Assembly: GCA_051382335.1 (NCBI GenBank)
Contig: JBBCAX010000202.1
Location: forward strand, 1 to 64,000
Direction of reading: 5' to 3'
Source: Deltaproteobacteria bacterium TL4
GTDB lineage: Bacteria > SAR324 > NAC60-12
Length of the DNA: 64,000 bases
Shown: piece after piece, positions 59,946 to 64,000 of the stretch
Layout: each line of letters opens with the position of its first letter
Numbering within the stretch: the first letter of the stretch is position 1
Notes under the pieces: generated by a model
What the model saw: only the letters and a program-made list of their open reading frames with translations
The model's database searches: none
Told to the model about the DNA's origin: nothing
Translations under genes and position numbers: made by a program

Positions 59946-60040
59946 TAAGTTCGGCCATTTTGATGGTAGCCTTGGGTTTCGTCTCAGGGGATACCGCACA
60001 CATTGTTCCTCGGAGCGAAACCTACCCCTGGCCGAAGTTA
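59946..60040. repeat. long imperfect hairpin, decayed REP-like element
   Basis: ttcggcca/tggccgaa, ggtag/ctacc and ggtttcg/cgaaacc nested pairs. Confidence 0.55.
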
Positions 60041-60169
60041 GACCTCATCCCGCTATATTTTTTGGGGTAACTCCAACCCACTGAAATAAGCAATAAAGAA
60101 AATGAGCCCTTGAAAAAATATCCGTTTTTCGATAGTTGGTTTGGCAAATTCACTGGAAGGGATTGAGTC

Positions 60170-63100
60170 ATGAATATAAAGCATCGAATAACGACAAAAA
60201 CCATTCTAAGCGCAGTGGTTCTCACACTCCTCGGTTTTGCCGGAAATGTTTTGAACATTCCCGTCGCCTATAATGTCGCTTTCATCTTCGGCAGCATTTT
60301 CAGCATTATCGCGCTGCGGACCTTAGGTCTTTGGTTTGGAATTGGAACCTCCTTTATCGCTTCACTCTACACCTATTTTTTGTGGAATCATCCTTATGCC
60401 ATTGTAATTTTTGTAATCGAAAGCGTTTGGCTTGGTTTGGCTTTCAAGAGAGGAAAAACCAACCTCATCTTGGTCGATAGTATTTTTTGGCTGGTGCTGG
60501 GAGCGCCTTTAGTGACGGGCTTCTATTCTGGTCTGATGAATCTTGGCATACAGGGCGCTGTTATAGTTTTCCTGAAGCAGTTCACAAATGGTGTTTTAAA
60601 TGCTTTGATCGCAAGCATGCTCATTGCCCACACCCCCCTCTGTAGCTGGATCATCATCGGTCATATTCGACAGCGGCCTTCATACACCTTAACCATTTTC
60701 CACCTGACTACCGCTTTTCTGATGATTCCGCCCCTTGGCTTAGTCCTACTGCATGATCATCGGGATATTGCTTCAAACCAGGAACGCATCATAAACGCGG
60801 TGGTCACCGAGGCTCGGGAAACGGAAGGGGCTGTTGCCCGTTGGATTTACACCTATATTAACGCGGTCAAAGTTATTGGCGAGCTTGGCTCGATTTATCC
60901 CTTGTCGCCTTCAGAAGAACTACAGAAGAAACTAGAGCTGATTCATGATTTGTTTCCTGATTTTCATAATATTTTTCTTGGGGATGCCACTGCCACAACC
61001 ATCGCTTTTCATCCGTCGATTAATGAACGGGGTGAGTCCACCATCGGCATTAACTTCGCGGACCGCACGTGGTTCAAACAGTTAAGCCGCACTCTGCAGC
61101 CTACGATCTCAGAGATATTTATGGGCAGAGGCGACATTTTTCAGCCAATTGTCTCTATCAGTGTTCCTGTATTGTGGGATGGCAAACTCTCTCATTTTGG
61201 GCTGGGGGCCATGAATATTGACCGTATGGAAAAATTATTTGAACGGGCCGGAGCGCACAAAAAGATGGTTCATACCCTGATAGACCGGAACAATAACGTG
61301 GTCATCAGTACAGACAAAGCCAGAAAACCGTTCAAGGGATTACCCCATGACATTGGCGGACAAGAGGTTCCTGTTTCAGACAATGTTTTTCTTTGGGTGC
61401 CTGGCAGTCAAAAGAACATCAGCATTATGAATGTCTGGAAAGACGCCTATTACCATACGGAAGTACCGATTCAGGGAACACCTTGGAGAATCAAGGTGGA
61501 GTATCCCGTCGCTCCTGAGCAGAAGTATTTATATGAATCAACCATATTTTCGCTTGGGGCTGTTTCCGCAATCTTCGCAATAATGATCGCTTTCGCTTAT
61601 TTTTTAAGCGATAGAATCACCACCTCCCTCAAAACACTTTCCCAAATATCCCAGGACATTCCGCTCAAAATTGATAGCGGAGAAGAGCTCGTATGGCCGC
61701 ATTCCCGGATCTTTGAAATTTCAGAACTTATCGCCAACTTTAAGCTAACCTCCACAACCTTGAAAAACCGCTTATTGGAAACCCAGGAGCAATATAAATC
61801 GCTTGTTGAGATTTCGCCCTCAGGGATATGGATGACTGATGCCACAGGCCACTATATTTACGTGAGTTCCAAATGGAGTGAGATAACCGGCATTACTGAA
61901 GAGCAAGCCTTGGGGACAGGATGGGCGAATACCATCCACCCTGAAGATCAAGAAAGAGTTTTTACCGACTGGTGTGAAACCGTGGTCCACGAGACACACT
62001 TTATTTCGGAGTTCCGTTTTATCAGACCAGACCGTTCCATTGTATGGGTGTTGTGCATTGCCTCGGCTAGCAAAATTCAAGAGCAAAGCGTTAACTGGGT
62101 TGGAACCATAACCGACAACAGTGAACTCAAGCTGGCAGAGGACTTATTGAAGGAAAGTGAAACCCGTTGGCAGTTTGCTGTTGATGGCAGTGAATTAGGA
62201 CTGTGGGACTGGAATACTCAGACCAATGAAGTGTTCTTCTCGAAACAGTGGAAAGCGATGCTGGGATTCAAGGGAAATGAAGTTTTCGGTAATTTTGAAG
62301 AATGGGATCAAAGAATTCATCCTGAGGATAAGGCCCAATCTTACGAAGCTATTCAACGGCATATGGATGGCAAATCCCTCATCTACCTGAATGAGCATCG
62401 GTTATTGTGCAAAGACAATACCTATAAGTGGATTTTAGCCAGAGGGAAAGTTATTGGATGGACCACTGAGGGCAAACCTTTGCGGATGATCGGAACACAT
62501 ACGGATATCACCGTACAAAAAATGGCGGAAGAGGCTTTGCGGAAAGCGCATGACGAACTCGAACAGCGGGTGCAGGAAAGAACGCTTGAATTGCAAAAGA
62601 CACATGCACAGCTACTGCACATTGAGAAACTTTCTGCCATCGGAAAATTGTCCGCGTCTATTGCCCATGAATTTAACAATCCGCTTCAGGGGGTAATGAA
62701 TATAATTCATGGCATTAAGAGTAGAGCCACTCTTGATCCGGACGATATGGAGCTTGTGAACATTGCTATCACAGAATGTATTCGGATGCGGGACCTCCTC
62801 AAAAGTCTTCAGGATTTTAACCGTCCAACATCCGGCATGATTGCTCAAATGGACCTCCATGCGGCACTGGACAGTCTTCTGCTGCTCATCAAAAAAGACT
62901 ATGCCACACGAAAAATCAGTATTGAAAAACACTATGCTGAAAATCTACCATTGCTCAAAGCTGTTGCTGACCAGATCAAGCAGGTGTTCCTCAATCTGCT
63001 CAACAACTCGGCTGATGCGTGCCCCAATGGAGGGAGGGTTACCATAGAAACCGCGGTGTTGGGAAATTCGGTCTTTGTTCGCATTCATGACACCGGAACT

Positions 63101-63322
63101 GGCATAAAAGCTGAAATTATTGACCATATTTTTGAACCCTTTTTCACCACCAAACCAGAAATAAAAGGCACAGGCCTCGGGCTTGCAGTCAGCTATGGAA
63201 TTATCAAAAACCACGGTGGCAACATTAGCGCCGACAGTAAACCTGGCGAAGGAACAACCTTTACCGTCACTCTGCCCATTCAAGGAGAAAACCATGAGAC
63301 CCCAGAACATACTATTGGTTGA
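60170..63322 (+). CDS. multi-TM Cache-PAS-PAS sensor histidine kinase
   Basis: N-terminal multi-TM domain, Cache-like periplasmic region, two PAS_3 (IHPED), AHEFNNPL, EPFFTTK..GTGLGL. Confidence 0.94.
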   Translation: MNIKHRITTKTILSAVVLTLLGFAGNVLNIPVAYNVAFIFGSIFSIIALRTLGLWFGIGTSFIASLYTYFLWNHPYAIVIFVIESVWLGLAFKRGKTNLILVDSIFWLVLGAPLVTGFYSGLMNLGIQGAVIVFLKQFTNGVLNALIASMLIAHTPLCSWIIIGHIRQRPSYTLTIFHLTTAFLMIPPLGLVLLHDHRDIASNQERIINAVVTEARETEGAVARWIYTYINAVKVIGELGSIYPLSPSEELQKKLELIHDLFPDFHNIFLGDATATTIAFHPSINERGESTIGINFADRTWFKQLSRTLQPTISEIFMGRGDIFQPIVSISVPVLWDGKLSHFGLGAMNIDRMEKLFERAGAHKKMVHTLIDRNNNVVISTDKARKPFKGLPHDIGGQEVPVSDNVFLWVPGSQKNISIMNVWKDAYYHTEVPIQGTPWRIKVEYPVAPEQKYLYESTIFSLGAVSAIFAIMIAFAYFLSDRITTSLKTLSQISQDIPLKIDSGEELVWPHSRIFEISELIANFKLTSTTLKNRLLETQEQYKSLVEISPSGIWMTDATGHYIYVSSKWSEITGITEEQALGTGWANTIHPEDQERVFTDWCETVVHETHFISEFRFIRPDRSIVWVLCIASASKIQEQSVNWVGTITDNSELKLAEDLLKESETRWQFAVDGSELGLWDWNTQTNEVFFSKQWKAMLGFKGNEVFGNFEEWDQRIHPEDKAQSYEAIQRHMDGKSLIYLNEHRLLCKDNTYKWILARGKVIGWTTEGKPLRMIGTHTDITVQKMAEEALRKAHDELEQRVQERTLELQKTHAQLLHIEKLSAIGKLSASIAHEFNNPLQGVMNIIHGIKSRATLDPDDMELVNIAITECIRMRDLLKSLQDFNRPTSGMIAQMDLHAALDSLLLLIKKDYATRKISIEKHYAENLPLLKAVADQIKQVFLNLLNNSADACPNGGRVTIETAVLGNSVFVRIHDTGTGIKAEIIDHIFEPFFTTKPEIKGTGLGLAVSYGIIKNHGGNISADSKPGEGTTFTVTLPIQGENHETPEHTIG

Positions 63323-63854
63323 TGATGAAGAAAGCATTCTCAAATCTTTTTCTAAAGAGTTGAATCATGCCGGGTATAAGGTTACAACCGCTGTGAGTGG
63401 TGAAGACGCTATCAGTAAATTGACTAACCATCATTTTGATCTGCTGGTTACTGATCTTGCCATGCCGGGTGTTGGCGGAATAACGGTGTTGCAGGCGGCA
63501 AAAAAACAGGATGCCGAAATCCGCGCGATCATTCTTACCGGTTACGGTGACTTGACTTCGGCCATTGAAGCCCTGCGTCTTGGGGCGGACGACTACCTGC
63601 TTAAACCCTGCAATATTGAAGAATTACTGTTGCGCATAAAACGATGTTTCGAAAAGCAGGAAGCCTTTCGGAAAGTGAAGTTATACGAAAATATCCTGCC
63701 GGTTTGTATGTATTGTAAAAACATCAGAGATGATTCCGGAACAGAAATAGGCAAAGGAAAATGGATCAGCATGGAAGAGTATCTTCATCTCAAGAGTGGT
63801 ACGGATGTTTCCCATGGTTGTTGTCCCCAATGCTTTGAAATATACGGAATGTGA
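63294..63854 (+). CDS. response regulator with C-terminal Cys-rich (zinc-ribbon-like) tail
   Basis: ILLVDDE, VTDLAMP, LLKP; LPVCMYCK...SHGCCPQC; AAGGAG RBS. Confidence 0.9.
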   Translation: MRPQNILLVDDEESILKSFSKELNHAGYKVTTAVSGEDAISKLTNHHFDLLVTDLAMPGVGGITVLQAAKKQDAEIRAIILTGYGDLTSAIEALRLGADDYLLKPCNIEELLLRIKRCFEKQEAFRKVKLYENILPVCMYCKNIRDDSGTEIGKGKWISMEEYLHLKSGTDVSHGCCPQCFEIYGM

Positions 63855-63880
63855 AGTGAAAGTGGATTCGCTATTTCAAA

Positions 63881-64000
63881 TCAACGGATGTTTAGTTTTT
63901 CCATTTTATAGCGTAGCGTGGAGTAAGGTAGACCCAGTTCCTTTGCGGCTTGGCGACGATTCCATTTAGCATTTTCCAAGGCGGTGAGCAGGTACTCTCG
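63881..64000 (-). CDS. 3' end of a Fis-type HTH protein, probably a sigma54 enhancer-binding regulator (partial)
   Basis: REYLLTALENAKWNRRQAAKELGLPYSTLRYKMEKLNIR*; missed by the ORF track. Confidence 0.85.
   Translation of the reverse strand, partial: REYLLTALENAKWNRRQAAKELGLPYSTLRYKMEKLNIR

Noticed and set aside
7955..63343. Numerous 60-130 aa ORFs antisense or out of frame within long genes
   Set aside because: Shadow ORFs of well-supported genes with no independent motifs

Overview
AT-rich bacterial chromosomal window. The gene repertoire (CobA-HemD fusion, GlmU-like LbH protein, many hybrid histidine kinases, sigma54 signalling) suggests a deltaproteobacteria-like or SAR324-like organism; this is inference only. 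From left to right it holds: a Rieske ferredoxin, an outer-membrane beta-barrel, an internally repeated orphan protein and two sensor kinases downstream of tRNA-Lys(TTT); a seven-gene type IV filament assembly operon (PilB/MshE ATPase, PilC, fused PilM-PilN, PilO, PilP-like, lipoprotein secretin, lipoprotein); thiN and rsmI, whose likely start codons overlap head-to-head; ftsB, purM and a bactofilin-M23 peptidase pair; an orphan-LpxL-permuted NlpC/P60 operon; three GspG-like pilins downstream of TPR-lpxA-GH20 genes; an OYE, a TMTC-like GT-C protein, a HAD/uridine-kinase-like double pseudoenzyme, wcaJ, a kinase, PspC, PilZ, cobA-hemD, serB, a GlmU-like gene, wzz, and gcvT with a structured 5' leader that is not a glycine riboswitch; fliL; and a ~14 kb two-component island with a sigma54 promoter, palindromic enhancer-like sites, a frameshifted kinase, a 146-bp duplication scar and the 3' end of a Fis-HTH activator. 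Three REP/REPIN-like nested palindromes are present. No CRISPR array, rRNA, integrase or transposase was seen.
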